Assembly: GCA_039026755.1 (NCBI GenBank)
Contig: JBCCLR010000003.1
Coordinates: forward strand, 1 to 56,903
Source: Pseudomonadota bacterium
GTDB lineage: Bacteria; Pseudomonadota; Alphaproteobacteria; Sphingomonadales; CAKZYD01
Reading direction: 5' to 3'
Length of the DNA stretch: 56,903 bases
The notes beneath the pieces were generated by a model that ran no database searches, was not told where the DNA came from, and worked only from the letters and a program-made list of their open reading frames with translations. The translations under genes and the position numbers were made by a program. The number at the start of each line of letters is the position of its first letter. Position 1 is the stretch's first letter. Positions 1 to 9,937 of the stretch are shown in pieces.

Positions 1-1
1 C

Positions 2-1777
2 TCCCTCTTAGGCGGGGATAGCTTTGAGTTCGGCACCACGGCGCTGATGATGCTGAAATGCGTCATGGCGAAGAACTGCAACGTCAAGTGCCCGGCAGGC
101 CTGACCACCAATCCGGAGGTGTTTGACGGCGACCCGCGTGCGCTGGCGCAATATCTTTTAAACATTGCCCATGAGGTGCGTGAAATCCTTGCATCGCTTG
201 GTCTAAAATCCCTGGATGAAGCGCGCGGCCGTGCAGATTTGCTACATCTGCTGGATCACCCGTCTTCAGTAGGCCAGCTGAACTTGCGCGATATGCTGTT
301 CAACATGCCTGAGGTTAAGGTCGAGAACCCGAGCTATATCGAACGTGACTACGCGGTTGATGACAGCTTGGTCGATATGGTCAAAACAGCGCTGTTTGAC
401 GATAAGCGCGAAAGCGTGAAAATTGGCGGCAACCTGAGCCTCAACAATCGCAACAAAAGCGTCGGCGGACAGCTTGCGATTGATATTGAGCGTACACTCA
501 ACCATGAGCTTGAGGACATTTCTGACCTGGCAGCAGTGTGCGAAGATGATCGCGGGCGCCGGTTCTTAAAGCCGCGCGCCATTCAGGTCTCAACGCACGG
601 GTCAGCTGGACAGAGCTTTGGTGCGTTCTGTAATGATGGCATGGTCATGGAGCACCGCGGCACCTGTAATGACGGTGTTGGCAAAGGCGCCTGCGGCGGC
701 GAAATCATCGTCAAGTCGCCCAAAGGCGGCGGTTCCGGCTACGGCGATAACGTGCTCATCGGCAATTTCGCGCTGTTTGGCGCTACCGGCGGCAGGACAT
801 TTATTTCCGGCCAAGCCGGCGACCGCTTTGCCGTGCGTAATTCTGGCGCTACGGCGGTAGTTGAAGGCGTTGGCGATTTCTGCGCGGAATATATGACCAA
901 TGGCGCCGTGCTGAATCTGGGCGGTTTTTCAAAAGGCTTCGGCAACGGCATGTCGGGCGGCTTTGCTTATCAGTACGATCCGGAAAATCACCTTGGCAAG
1001 GCGGTAAGCCATGATTCGGTTCTGGTTTCAGACGTCAATGATGACGATCCTTACGCGCAGATCCATGCAGCAGCTATTCACCAGCTATTAGAATGGCATC
1101 TTGCTGCGACGCAGTCGCCGCTAGCGGACCAGATGCTGAATGATTGGGACCGTAAAAAAGGCCACTTTAAGTGGGTCATGCCGCGGGCGCTTTTGCAATA
1201 TCAAGACGCTGATGAAATCCTCGCCGCTTCCAGCCGCAAAGCGCTGGTTGAAGAGCTTGCAACAGCGCTTGCAGCACATCAGGTTGAAAAGCTTAAAATT
1301 GCTTGGAAAGATGGCATTCCGGTGCATCGCGGCGCAGTGCCGCAGTTTGGCGAGACCGATACCGAAGACATGTTTGACCTGATCAACAGCTGGACCGTGC
1401 TGGAAACCGCACAGGCACTGGCGCGCAAACGCACAGGTGGCAAAGATGGTGATTTGGCCGTGTTAAAAGCCACACGCAACTTGGTGCTGACGGAAGACTT
1501 TGGCCTGATGAGCCAGCTTGCCAAACATGCGCGCACAGCGATTGCCGATTATGATGACCGCGACCTATCCGCGCTCGTGGCCAACAAACGATTGTCTGAT
1601 TTTAAGCGAGCGCTATCCATGCGCAACGTGTTGTCTATGGATAGTCCTGGCACCTATGGTTGGATATGGCACCAGTCACAGCGCAATCGTGAGATTTTAG
1701 GTCGTATCCCAAGCTTTGATGAATTATTTGCGCACAACGCACTGCCCGACATGGCCGCTCAATTTGCGGCAGAGTGA
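2..1777 (+). CDS. gltB: Glutamate synthase large subunit-like protein, 5'-truncated by the window, with a ~195 aa C-terminal extension
   Basis: Frame is open from nt 2. 3Fe-4S cysteines (CVMAKNCNVKCPAG) and GXGXG beta-helix motifs (GSAGQSFGAF, GNFALFGATGG, GDRFAVRNSGA, EYMTNG, GMSGG). Confidence 0.9.
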   Translation, partial: SLLGGDSFEFGTTALMMLKCVMAKNCNVKCPAGLTTNPEVFDGDPRALAQYLLNIAHEVREILASLGLKSLDEARGRADLLHLLDHPSSVGQLNLRDMLFNMPEVKVENPSYIERDYAVDDSLVDMVKTALFDDKRESVKIGGNLSLNNRNKSVGGQLAIDIERTLNHELEDISDLAAVCEDDRGRRFLKPRAIQVSTHGSAGQSFGAFCNDGMVMEHRGTCNDGVGKGACGGEIIVKSPKGGGSGYGDNVLIGNFALFGATGGRTFISGQAGDRFAVRNSGATAVVEGVGDFCAEYMTNGAVLNLGGFSKGFGNGMSGGFAYQYDPENHLGKAVSHDSVLVSDVNDDDPYAQIHAAAIHQLLEWHLAATQSPLADQMLNDWDRKKGHFKWVMPRALLQYQDADEILAASSRKALVEELATALAAHQVEKLKIAWKDGIPVHRGAVPQFGETDTEDMFDLINSWTVLETAQALARKRTGGKDGDLAVLKATRNLVLTEDFGLMSQLAKHARTAIADYDDRDLSALVANKRLSDFKRALSMRNVLSMDSPGTYGWIWHQSQRNREILGRIPSFDELFAHNALPDMAAQFAAE

Positions 1778-3588
1778 GTGAGATGAAGATACCTTATATT
1801 CCTGAAGATGCCCCCTTCTCTGAAGATCAGCGGTCTTGGCTGGCTGGCTTTCTAGCAGGCCTGCATTCACGCACGGCCATGGGCGACGCGAGCGCTGGCG
1901 CAGCAACGTTAGAAGCACCAAAAGACACTGCAGCGCCTGAAAAGACAGTGCCTACAGCGCCTGTTGACATCCTGTATGGAACACAGACCGGCAATGCGGA
2001 ATTTGTTGCATCTGAAGCAATGGAGGTTGCCCAAGCCGAAGGCCTGCAAGCAAACATGCACGACATGGACGCCGTCGATATGGACGCGCTCGCGAAGATG
2101 GAAAAAATCCTGTTCGTCGTGTCAACCTATGGTGAAGGCGAAATGCCGGACAACGCAGAACTGTTTTGGGACGCCGTGTCCGGCCCCACCGCGCCGCGCA
2201 TGGAAAATACACGCTTTGGTGTGATTGCCCTAGGGGATACCGGATACGACCAGTTCTGCCAGGCTGGCAAACTGATTGACATGCGCATGGAGCAGCTTGG
2301 CGCGACGCGAATTGCAGACCGGGTCGATTGCGACGTGGACTTTGAAGAGCCATCACATGACTGGATTGTCGCCAACGTGCCGCTGTTTAAGGCAGAGCCT
2401 GAAAGCGCGCCGGAGCCGGTAGCTCCTGAGCCTGAGCCGGTAAAGGTTGCAGACAAGCCGGCAGCGAAGCCGGTGTGGAACCGCAAAAATCCTTATTCAT
2501 CAACCGTCGTTGAAAACCGCCTGATGTCGGGCGCAACGTCGAAAAAAGAAATCCGCCATTTCGCCTTTTCGTTAGGGGATAGTGGTCTGTCCTATGAGGT
2601 CGGTGATGCCATGGGCATCATGCCGACCAATCAGCAGGCCCTTGTTGATGGTATTATTGGCCGCTTGGGCGTTAAGCCGGACGCCATGATTGATGGTCAC
2701 GAGGTGCCGCTGGCAGGGCTGCTGACGTCGCAATATGAGATCCGCACGCCATCAAAAAACCTGATCACGGCCATTGAAGAGCTCGCCGGGCATGATGAAT
2801 TTAGCCATGTCGTCAGCAATAATGATAAAGAAGCCTTGGATGCCTTCATGTGGGGCCGTGATGCGCTCGACCTGTTGAACCTTAACCCGGACCTGGCTAT
2901 CGATCCGGCTGAGTTTATCAGTTGGCTCAAGCCGCTCCAGCACCGCGCCTATTCAATCTCTTCGAGCCCGAAGAAGCATGTTGGTGAAGTCCATACCACA
3001 GTTGCAGCCGTGCGCTGGGACCGGGAAGGCCGCGAACATATGGGTGTGGCGTCAACCTATTTATCTGACATGTGCCCACAAGGTGCCTTGGCGCCCATTT
3101 TCATGTCGCCCAATAAAAATTTCCGACTGCCGACGGATTTGAGCCTGCCGATCATCATGGTCGGCCCTGGTACCGGCATTGCGCCCTTCAGGGCGTTTCT
3201 GGAAGAGCGCCGCGAAACAGGGGCAACAGGTAAAAACTGGCTGTTCTTTGGTGACCAGCACCGCGCCAGCGATTTCTTTTATGAAGATGATATTGGTGAG
3301 ATGTCGCGTGTGGGTTTGCTCACACGGCTCGACCTTGCATTCTCCCGCGATCAGGATGAAAAGGTTTATGTGCAGCACCGGATGCTGGAAAACGGCAAAG
3401 AGTTGTTTGCTTGGCTTGACGAAGGGGGCACCTTCTATGTCTGCGGTGATGCAACCTATATGGCTAAGGACGTTGATGCGGCTTTAACGCAAATCATCCG
3501 CGAAGAAGGCGGTTTTTCAGATGATCAAACCACCGCGTATATCTCAAACCTAAAGCGTGAAAAGCGGTATTTGCGGGACGTTTATTAG
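1774..3588 (+). CDS. Diflavin (FMN/FAD/NADPH) reductase, sulfite reductase flavoprotein alpha (CysJ)-like
   Basis: Flavodoxin motifs YGTQTGNAE and STYGEGEMPDN; FNR motifs RAYSISSS, MVGPGTGIAPFR, YVCGDA and C-terminal RYLRDVY; GTG start overlaps the gltB stop. Confidence 0.9.
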   Translation: MSEMKIPYIPEDAPFSEDQRSWLAGFLAGLHSRTAMGDASAGAATLEAPKDTAAPEKTVPTAPVDILYGTQTGNAEFVASEAMEVAQAEGLQANMHDMDAVDMDALAKMEKILFVVSTYGEGEMPDNAELFWDAVSGPTAPRMENTRFGVIALGDTGYDQFCQAGKLIDMRMEQLGATRIADRVDCDVDFEEPSHDWIVANVPLFKAEPESAPEPVAPEPEPVKVADKPAAKPVWNRKNPYSSTVVENRLMSGATSKKEIRHFAFSLGDSGLSYEVGDAMGIMPTNQQALVDGIIGRLGVKPDAMIDGHEVPLAGLLTSQYEIRTPSKNLITAIEELAGHDEFSHVVSNNDKEALDAFMWGRDALDLLNLNPDLAIDPAEFISWLKPLQHRAYSISSSPKKHVGEVHTTVAAVRWDREGREHMGVASTYLSDMCPQGALAPIFMSPNKNFRLPTDLSLPIIMVGPGTGIAPFRAFLEERRETGATGKNWLFFGDQHRASDFFYEDDIGEMSRVGLLTRLDLAFSRDQDEKVYVQHRMLENGKELFAWLDEGGTFYVCGDATYMAKDVDAALTQIIREEGGFSDDQTTAYISNLKREKRYLRDVY

Positions 3589-3629
3589 TCAGCCGCGCGG
3601 TGCTGATGCGGTAGAGCCGTTCAGCATCC

Positions 3630-4097
3630 TTAACGCAAAAATAAATTGCGATTTTGGTATAAGCCAACCACTGCGCATATGCCGGTGAGAATCAGCAATC
3701 CCCAAACGCTTGTCCAACTTGCATATGTTGGCCGCAAGTCAGACACATGCTTGTCCGGCGAACTGGGCAGATAGGTCAGGCGAAACCGTCTGCCCACTTG
3801 TGCTGGGTACTTATAGTTTTTTGATCGACGCAACGTGTCCTTTTCAACGACACCCGTTGCAGTCGTAAAATGATAGTCAATGATTTCAGAGCGCCCACCA
3901 CGTCGGCGGCGGCGAAACCAACGGTCATCGTCGCGAACGGCTTCAATTGTTGCCGTGGTCGACACGCCTTGTGCCTCAATCTGGTGCTGTACCGGCATGC
4001 GCACGGCAATAATCCATGCGCACATGCACAGCAGGAGCGGCACAAGTCCTATGAAAAAGTACTGCTTGTAGAATGTGAAGACGCTCTGCATCAACAC
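3630..4097 (-). CDS. Two-TM membrane protein, DUF3592-like
   Basis: N- and C-terminal hydrophobic helices flank a beta-rich domain (GVSTTATI...YHFTT...VG...YLPSSP). Confidence 0.6.
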   Translation of the reverse strand: MLMQSVFTFYKQYFFIGLVPLLLCMCAWIIAVRMPVQHQIEAQGVSTTATIEAVRDDDRWFRRRRRGGRSEIIDYHFTTATGVVEKDTLRRSKNYKYPAQVGRRFRLTYLPSSPDKHVSDLRPTYASWTSVWGLLILTGICAVVGLYQNRNLFLR

Positions 4098-4187
4098 AAA
4101 CTAGCGCCCGCTGCTGAATACAAAAAATCAAATTTTAGTCAAATCTGAAGCGCCGCGTCTACACGTCAAATTTTAAGCTGCCTACCT

Positions 4188-5000
4188 CTAGGACGCTGCG
4201 GGCGCTGCATCTGCCCCGATGCCCATCTCATTGGGCACCATGGTTTGAAACAGCGATAGCGAGAATAAATGCGCGTGTAAGACAGCAAGCGTACCATTTT
4301 TATTCAGCTCTGCTGCATGCTTTTGCTTCAGCTCACGCAGTTTATTTTCATCGACGATACGAAAGCCAGAGAACCTGGTGGACTTGTCGCCGCGTTCAAC
4401 GACCGCTTCGCCAGGCTGCAGAAGTTCGAGTTCATTGAGCTTATCGCAGAACATCCGGGTCTGCTGGGCACCACGCTCATAGCGCTCGCAGAAGGTGAGA
4501 ATGTCCTTGGTCAGCTGCGACCCATCATCGCCATCAAAAAGCTTTCGTGCACCGGTTTTTTGCACAATCTTTGCCGTCGGATCGAGACACAGGCTGAGCT
4601 TTTCATCCTCCGGGCGCAGCTTGGCAAGCATGAACGGGTAGCGCCGGACATAGGCCGGGATGTAAACATCTTTCTTCCAGCCGCCGTCGTCCTCCACATA
4701 GCTGTTCACGCCTTGACGTAGGCCCATAATCGCAATCGGTTGGCCAACGCCTTGACTGTCAAACACGATTGGAAAAAAGCGCTGCGCGACGGGGAATTCC
4801 TCAGCCAAAAGCGGCACGAGATGCGCATCTTTGGCAAAGCCGAAATGCGGCGTGTCTGACAAGCATATGTCACCATGATCGCGCAGATTTAGCGGCTCGA
4901 GCGTATTGAAGAACATCGGCAAACGCGGTGCCTCTCCATTTGCGTCAGTGCTTGGCACTGCCGGTGCATCTATCGTTTTCTCTTTGTCCGCCATGCCCAA
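4188..5000 (-). CDS. SapC family protein
   Basis: EF..AQRFFPIVF, YIPAYVRRYPF, GF.IVDE.KL and AHLFSL motifs; RBS AGGAG upstream. Confidence 0.85.
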   Translation of the reverse strand: MGMADKEKTIDAPAVPSTDANGEAPRLPMFFNTLEPLNLRDHGDICLSDTPHFGFAKDAHLVPLLAEEFPVAQRFFPIVFDSQGVGQPIAIMGLRQGVNSYVEDDGGWKKDVYIPAYVRRYPFMLAKLRPEDEKLSLCLDPTAKIVQKTGARKLFDGDDGSQLTKDILTFCERYERGAQQTRMFCDKLNELELLQPGEAVVERGDKSTRFSGFRIVDENKLRELKQKHAAELNKNGTLAVLHAHLFSLSLFQTMVPNEMGIGADAAPAAS

Positions 5001-5206
5001 TAGGCTCCTTCTTAAAACAACTCTATTTTTTTACCCGTGCCGGTACGTCTCAGCGTGTGTGGCTAGCGTGTTAGCGCGTTTAAAGAGATTTGACCACGGC
5101 AAATCGGGGTTTTTTATCGCCTAAGGCGGTGATGGCGAGGACAAAAGGTACTGCTACCGGCATGAAATCGATGTGATATCAAGCAGCGTTTGCCAAATGC
5201 GCCTGG

Positions 5207-6046
5207 CTATGGCGCCTGCGACCTATTAAGCGCTCTGATATAATGGCGCAAGTTTTCGATGAAGCGCGTGGTCAAAACGGCGCCAAAAGCTGCATGGCCC
5301 GCTTCGCTTTGGCCGGTCTGTGGATCTTGCGCGCAGCCAATCGGCGTGGCGGTGTCGCGCGCCGTTGCAACCAAGATCATCCCAACTGCTGGCGCATGGC
5401 CCGGCTTCAGCACGTAGATGGGGCTACCCGACTGGCCGGGGCGGGCACCAGGCGTTAGCCGAATTTTGCGGCTGAGGCCCAACGAGCGGTTGAGGCGCAG
5501 ATATTGGCCGCTTAAGGCCACGTGCTCAGGTCCGCGATGCGCCCGCCCGTCGCACGGATAGCCGACGGTTTTCATGGCTTTCAGATCACTAAATTCGAGC
5601 GCACGAAGCTGATCTAAGGGCAAAGAGGTATGCGTTGGGCATTCCGAGAGGCGCAGCACCGCAAGGTCTGCATCCAAGTTTCCCGCGACAGCATCTGCGC
5701 GCTTTTCTGGCCAAATAGCGCGCGCTTCGGGCGCGTTTACAACATCGACCACGCGGCCACGAATCTGTGGGGAGTAGACCTCCAGCGCGCTGGGTTGAAA
5801 CCCGTTTGGCCCTTCCGCCACATGCCGCGCCGTCACGAGCACATCACAGCGACCAACAAGCAGGCCCGTACCGCTGCCATACTGGCCATGGCTGGCATAA
5901 TAGTTCGCCATGACACGCACAACCGGACGCGATAGCGGGCTAGAGAGCAGATATTGACGCTCCGCGTGCGCAGCATTGGTCGTCAGCAGCACATGGGCCA
6001 GGGAAAAAATGACAGCGGCGCGTGCTACAGCAGGCAATTTTACCAA
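5207..6046 (-). CDS. Secreted trypsin-like serine protease
   Basis: Signal peptide (...NAAHA-E); triad motifs VTARHV, DLAVLRL and GQSGSP; TTG start at 6046 overlaps the yciI-like stop (start is inferred). Confidence 0.75.
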   Translation of the reverse strand: MVKLPAVARAAVIFSLAHVLLTTNAAHAERQYLLSSPLSRPVVRVMANYYASHGQYGSGTGLLVGRCDVLVTARHVAEGPNGFQPSALEVYSPQIRGRVVDVVNAPEARAIWPEKRADAVAGNLDADLAVLRLSECPTHTSLPLDQLRALEFSDLKAMKTVGYPCDGRAHRGPEHVALSGQYLRLNRSLGLSRKIRLTPGARPGQSGSPIYVLKPGHAPAVGMILVATARDTATPIGCAQDPQTGQSEAGHAAFGAVLTTRFIENLRHYIRALNRSQAP

Positions 6047-6354
6047 GTCTTGCCGCCGACCCAATCGCCCGCAGCGCCGACAAACCGGCGCGCTTCCATG
6101 CTGGCCCATATGCCCGCTTCATAATAGGGGTCTTGTTTGGCCATCTCGAGCGCCTGTTCAGCGCTGTCCGCCTTAAAAATCAGCAGCGAGCCGACGACTT
6201 TGTCCGCATCGAATAATGGGCCGGCCAGCCACAGGCTATCTACTGTTTTTTCAATATGCGCCAAATGGTTCGGCATCAATTGATCTCGAATTTTGGCTGC
6301 TTCATCGCCTGGTTTATCTTTGCACAGGACAGAATATGCGATCACGCGTTCCAT
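6040..6354 (-). CDS. YciI family protein
   Basis: DKPG...R..HL.H, AGPL, GSL.I, DPYY.AG motifs; RBS GGGAG. Confidence 0.85.
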   Translation of the reverse strand: MERVIAYSVLCKDKPGDEAAKIRDQLMPNHLAHIEKTVDSLWLAGPLFDADKVVGSLLIFKADSAEQALEMAKQDPYYEAGIWASMEARRFVGAAGDWVGGKTW

Positions 6355-6400
6355 CTCATTTCTCCCTTTGTCGACCTGCCAATATCATCTTGGCCGGACG

Positions 6401-7222
6401 CTACATTGCTGTCCAGCCGCCATCCACGCTTATGGCGCGGCCGGTCATCGACTGGCCGGCCTCAGTGCATAAAAACAGTGCAAGACCGGCAAGTTCGTCA
6501 ACGTCGACAAAGCGCTTATTGGGCTGGCGCGCCAGCATAACTTCGCGGACGACATCGTCTTCCGTCATATTATGCGCTTTGGCTTGATCGGCAATTTGAC
6601 CTTCAACCATCGGTGTTTTGACATAGCCTGGGCAAATCGCGTTCACGGTAATATTCTCTTCAGCCGTTTCGAGCGCAATGGTCTTGGTGAGGCCAAGTAC
6701 GCCGTGCTTGGCGGTTACATAGGCACTCTTATAGGGCGAGGCGGATAGGCCGTGCGCTGATGCAATGTTGATAATCCTGCCATAACCGCGGCGCTTCATC
6801 CCTGGCAGCGCTGCTTTGATCGCATAGAAATTAGAAGACAGGTTGATCGCCAAAACAGCTTCCCACTTTGCGTCGGGAAAATCTTCGACCTTTTCGACAT
6901 ATTGGATGCCAGCATTGTTCACCAAGATGTCGACCGCACCAAAGGCCTCTTGTGCTTCAGAAATAAGCGCATTGATGGCCTCTGGCTTGGTCATATCTGC
7001 TGGATTGTAGAGCGCTTTAACACCAGCAGCTTCCAGCGCGGCGCGACTGGCTTCAATCTCGCTTGCATCGCCAAAACCATTAATCGCAACATTGATGCCG
7101 GCGCTGGCGAAGGCCTGAGCAATACCAAGGCCAATGCCGCTTGTTGAGCCGGTCACAACCGCGCTTTTGCCTTTTAACGTCTCGAATCCTGCAATGTCTA
7201 AGACCCGACTAATGCTGCTCAT
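6401..7222 (-). CDS. bdhA: D-3-hydroxybutyrate dehydrogenase (SDR)
   Basis: TGSTSGIG, NNAGIQY, ASAHG, YVTAKHG, ICPGYVKTP; ATG at 7222 preceded by GGAGGAG. Confidence 0.92.
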   Translation of the reverse strand: MSSISRVLDIAGFETLKGKSAVVTGSTSGIGLGIAQAFASAGINVAINGFGDASEIEASRAALEAAGVKALYNPADMTKPEAINALISEAQEAFGAVDILVNNAGIQYVEKVEDFPDAKWEAVLAINLSSNFYAIKAALPGMKRRGYGRIINIASAHGLSASPYKSAYVTAKHGVLGLTKTIALETAEENITVNAICPGYVKTPMVEGQIADQAKAHNMTEDDVVREVMLARQPNKRFVDVDELAGLALFLCTEAGQSMTGRAISVDGGWTAM

Positions 7223-7377
7223 CGCCAACTCCTCCATCAAAACGCCAACTTAAAGACTATGATAAAAAGCCTATCATAGAATAAAAAATTGCTGGTTAAG
7301 GTAAATATTCATAATCTTATTTCAAAAAAAAGCTCTATTTCGTTATCAAATTATTAGGCTGGGGTTGCTTTCCTTGA

Positions 7378-7420
7378 AAAATGCTGCGCACAATATATTT
7401 ATTGTGCATTGCCGCATTTT
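7378..7420. promoter_or_regulatory. TGC/GCA-rich inverted repeat, candidate PhaR operator
   Basis: AAAATGC..GCACAATA-N4-TATTGTGC..GCATTTT between the divergent bdhA and phaZ genes; resembles TGC-rich alphaproteobacterial PhaR sites. Confidence 0.5.
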
Positions 7421-7496
7421 ATTGGCTTTCGCACGCGCGTCAAACAACAACGCAAAAAAAACGTTTGACCGATACAAAGACTGAGGGAACACGCAG

Positions 7497-8714
7497 ATGC
7501 TTTATTCATTCTACGAGATGCAGCGCCGTGCTTTTGCGCCGATGCGCATGATGATTGACCAGGGTCAGCACTTTTTTTCCAACCCGATGAACCCGGCGTC
7601 CTACACGCCCGGCGGCAAAGCGCTGGCAGCGGCGTTTGACGTCATTGAAACGTCAACACGGCCATACGGAAAGCCCGCTTTTGGCATCGACCGAACGGAA
7701 ATAAATGGCCAAGAGGTGGCGATTGAAGAAACCATTCCGCTGCGTTTGCCATTTGGCCAGCTCAAACGCTTTAAACGGCTTGAGAAAACCAGTGACCCAA
7801 AGCTCCTCATCGTCGCGCCGCTGTCTGGCCATTATGCGACGCTGCTGCGCGGTACAGTACATGAAATGGTCAAAGACCATGACGTTTATATTAGCGATTG
7901 GCGTGATGCGAAGACGATCCCGCTGTTTGAAGGGGAATTCACGCTCAACACCTATATCGACTATGTGATTGAGTTTTTGGAGTTTTTAGGACCTGACACA
8001 CATGTGCTAGCAGTCTGCCAGCCCTCCGTACCCGTGCTTGCCGCGATTGCGCGGATGCATGAAGCGGGCAATCCAAACATCCCCAAATCACTGGCCATGA
8101 TGGGCGGGCCAATTGATACCCGCGTCAACCCCACGGCCGTCAACGAGCACGCGACACGCAAGCCCTTGGCGTGGTTTAAACAGAATGTCATTACGCCGGT
8201 GCCGCCCCCCCATGCCGGCTTTATGCGCCGCGTATATCCAGGTTTTATGCAGCTGGCCGGCTTTATGAGCATGAATTTGGGCAATCATGTGGTTAAGCAC
8301 TATGACATGTTCAAACATCTCTTCGAGGGCGCGGAAGAGAATGCAGATGCAACACGGGAATTCTACGAAGAATATCTGGCTGTTATGGATATGACAGCGG
8401 AATTTTATCTGCAGACTGTCGAAGAGGTGTTTCAAACCCACCTGCTGCCAAAGGGTGAAATGATGCATGATGGTGCGCCGATTGATTTGGCCGCAATTGA
8501 TAAAACCGCGATTTTATCAATTGAAGGCGAGCGTGATGATATCACCGGCCTTGGGCAAACCTATGCAGTGCATGATTTGACACCAAACCTACCTGCTGCC
8601 AAGCACTACCACTATGAGCAAGCCGGGGTTGGCCATTATGGCGTGTTTAACGGCAGCAAATGGCGCAAATACATCTCTCATGAGGTGCGCCAGGTCATCC
8701 GCGAGAACGCCTAA
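7497..8714 (+). CDS. phaZ: Intracellular polyhydroxyalkanoate depolymerase
   Basis: IVAPLSGHYATLLR, AVCQP (Cys nucleophile), GGPID, EGERDDI, GHYGVF. Confidence 0.93.
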   Translation: MLYSFYEMQRRAFAPMRMMIDQGQHFFSNPMNPASYTPGGKALAAAFDVIETSTRPYGKPAFGIDRTEINGQEVAIEETIPLRLPFGQLKRFKRLEKTSDPKLLIVAPLSGHYATLLRGTVHEMVKDHDVYISDWRDAKTIPLFEGEFTLNTYIDYVIEFLEFLGPDTHVLAVCQPSVPVLAAIARMHEAGNPNIPKSLAMMGGPIDTRVNPTAVNEHATRKPLAWFKQNVITPVPPPHAGFMRRVYPGFMQLAGFMSMNLGNHVVKHYDMFKHLFEGAEENADATREFYEEYLAVMDMTAEFYLQTVEEVFQTHLLPKGEMMHDGAPIDLAAIDKTAILSIEGERDDITGLGQTYAVHDLTPNLPAAKHYHYEQAGVGHYGVFNGSKWRKYISHEVRQVIRENA

Positions 8715-8724
8715 TCCGCTTGCA

Positions 8725-9444
8725 TTAAGGGGAACCGGTCGCCTCAAGGACCTCGTCAACGAAAACGGGCACCAGCGTGCCCGCCGGTCCGTGCCTGCAT
8801 TCGTGGAACTGCGATGCGCCGAGTGAGGGTTCAAGGTTGATTTCCAAAGTATGCGCCTGGCCATAATGCCGCGCCATACTGACAAAGCCCGCAGCGGGAT
8901 AAACATTGCCGGATGTGCCAATGGAAATAAACAAATCGCACCGGGCGAGCGCGTCCTCGATCGTGCGCATCCCGTGAGGCATTTCGCCGAACCAAACGAT
9001 ATCCGGCCGAAGCGCCGGGGCAGCGCCACATGATGGGCATTGCGTAGCTTGGGTTAAATCATCTTCCCATTCAAACCCAGCGCCGCAGACAGTACACCGC
9101 ACCTTTTTTAGCGCGCCATGCATATGCAGTAGGTTCTTACTACCGCCGCGCTCATGCAGATCGTCAACATTTTGCGTCACCAGGAGCACATCGCCGCTGA
9201 ACTGGGCTTCCAGCCGGGCAAGCGCCGTGTGGGCAGGGTTCGGTGCAACCGTCTTCAGTGCAGCGCGGCGCATGTTGTAAAATGTTTGTACAAGGTCGGG
9301 ATCGCGGGCAAATGCTTCGGGCGTTGCCACGTCTTCAACCCGGTGGCCCTCCCACAGCCCGTCAGGCCCGCGAAAGGTCTGCACGCCGCTTTCGGCAGAG
9401 ACCCCTGCGCCGGTGAGGATGACAATGCTGCGATAGTGTGCCAT
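8725..9444 (-). CDS. cobB: NAD-dependent protein deacylase (sirtuin)
   Basis: GAGVSAESG..TFR, TQNVDDLHER, HG, two CxxC pairs, IVWFGE, GTSG.VYPA. Confidence 0.93.
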   Translation of the reverse strand: MAHYRSIVILTGAGVSAESGVQTFRGPDGLWEGHRVEDVATPEAFARDPDLVQTFYNMRRAALKTVAPNPAHTALARLEAQFSGDVLLVTQNVDDLHERGGSKNLLHMHGALKKVRCTVCGAGFEWEDDLTQATQCPSCGAAPALRPDIVWFGEMPHGMRTIEDALARCDLFISIGTSGNVYPAAGFVSMARHYGQAHTLEINLEPSLGASQFHECRHGPAGTLVPVFVDEVLEATGSP

Positions 9445-9469
9445 GCCGTGTTATACGGAGGAACATGCT

Positions 9470-9937
9470 GTGACGTCAGTGTTATTTGTATGCCTGGGCA
9501 ATATTTGTCGCTCACCCGCGGCGCATGGGGTGTTTCTCAATCAGCTTGCAACCGCGGGGTTGACCCAGGCAATCGAGGTTGATTCCGCCGGAACAGGCAG
9601 TTGGCACATTGGCTGCCCACCCGACGAACGCATGACAGCGGCGGCAGCGCAGCGCGGCGTTGACTTAAGCCCACTGCGCGCGCGCAAAGTCATACCGGAA
9701 GATTTTGACCGCTACACGCATATCTTTGCCATGGATTTGCAAAACCTGGCGACGATGCAGCAAATGGCCAGCGGTAAACCCTATCAGCCACAGCTGTTTT
9801 TAGATTTGATTGCGCCAGGGGAAAACCGGGAGGTTCCAGACCCCTATTATGGCGGTGATGAGGGCTTTGAGACCGTGCTCGATATGGTAGATGCCGCCTG
9901 CGCTGCGCTTATCAGTCGCCTGCAGAAACAAATATAA
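9470..9937 (+). CDS. Low-molecular-weight protein-tyrosine phosphatase
   Basis: P-loop VCLGNICRS, DSAGT and DPYY motifs; GTG start after GGAGG. Confidence 0.92.
   Translation: MTSVLFVCLGNICRSPAAHGVFLNQLATAGLTQAIEVDSAGTGSWHIGCPPDERMTAAAAQRGVDLSPLRARKVIPEDFDRYTHIFAMDLQNLATMQQMASGKPYQPQLFLDLIAPGENREVPDPYYGGDEGFETVLDMVDAACAALISRLQKQI

Noticed and set aside
2390-2470. EP/PE-rich repeat in the diflavin reductase
   Set aside because: Ordinary low-complexity linker between the flavodoxin and FNR domains.
8725-9444. Sirtuin as a defence (Sir2 NADase) component paired with the TIR gene
   Set aside because: Canonical zinc-binding CobB in a housekeeping context, more than 20 kb from the TIR gene.
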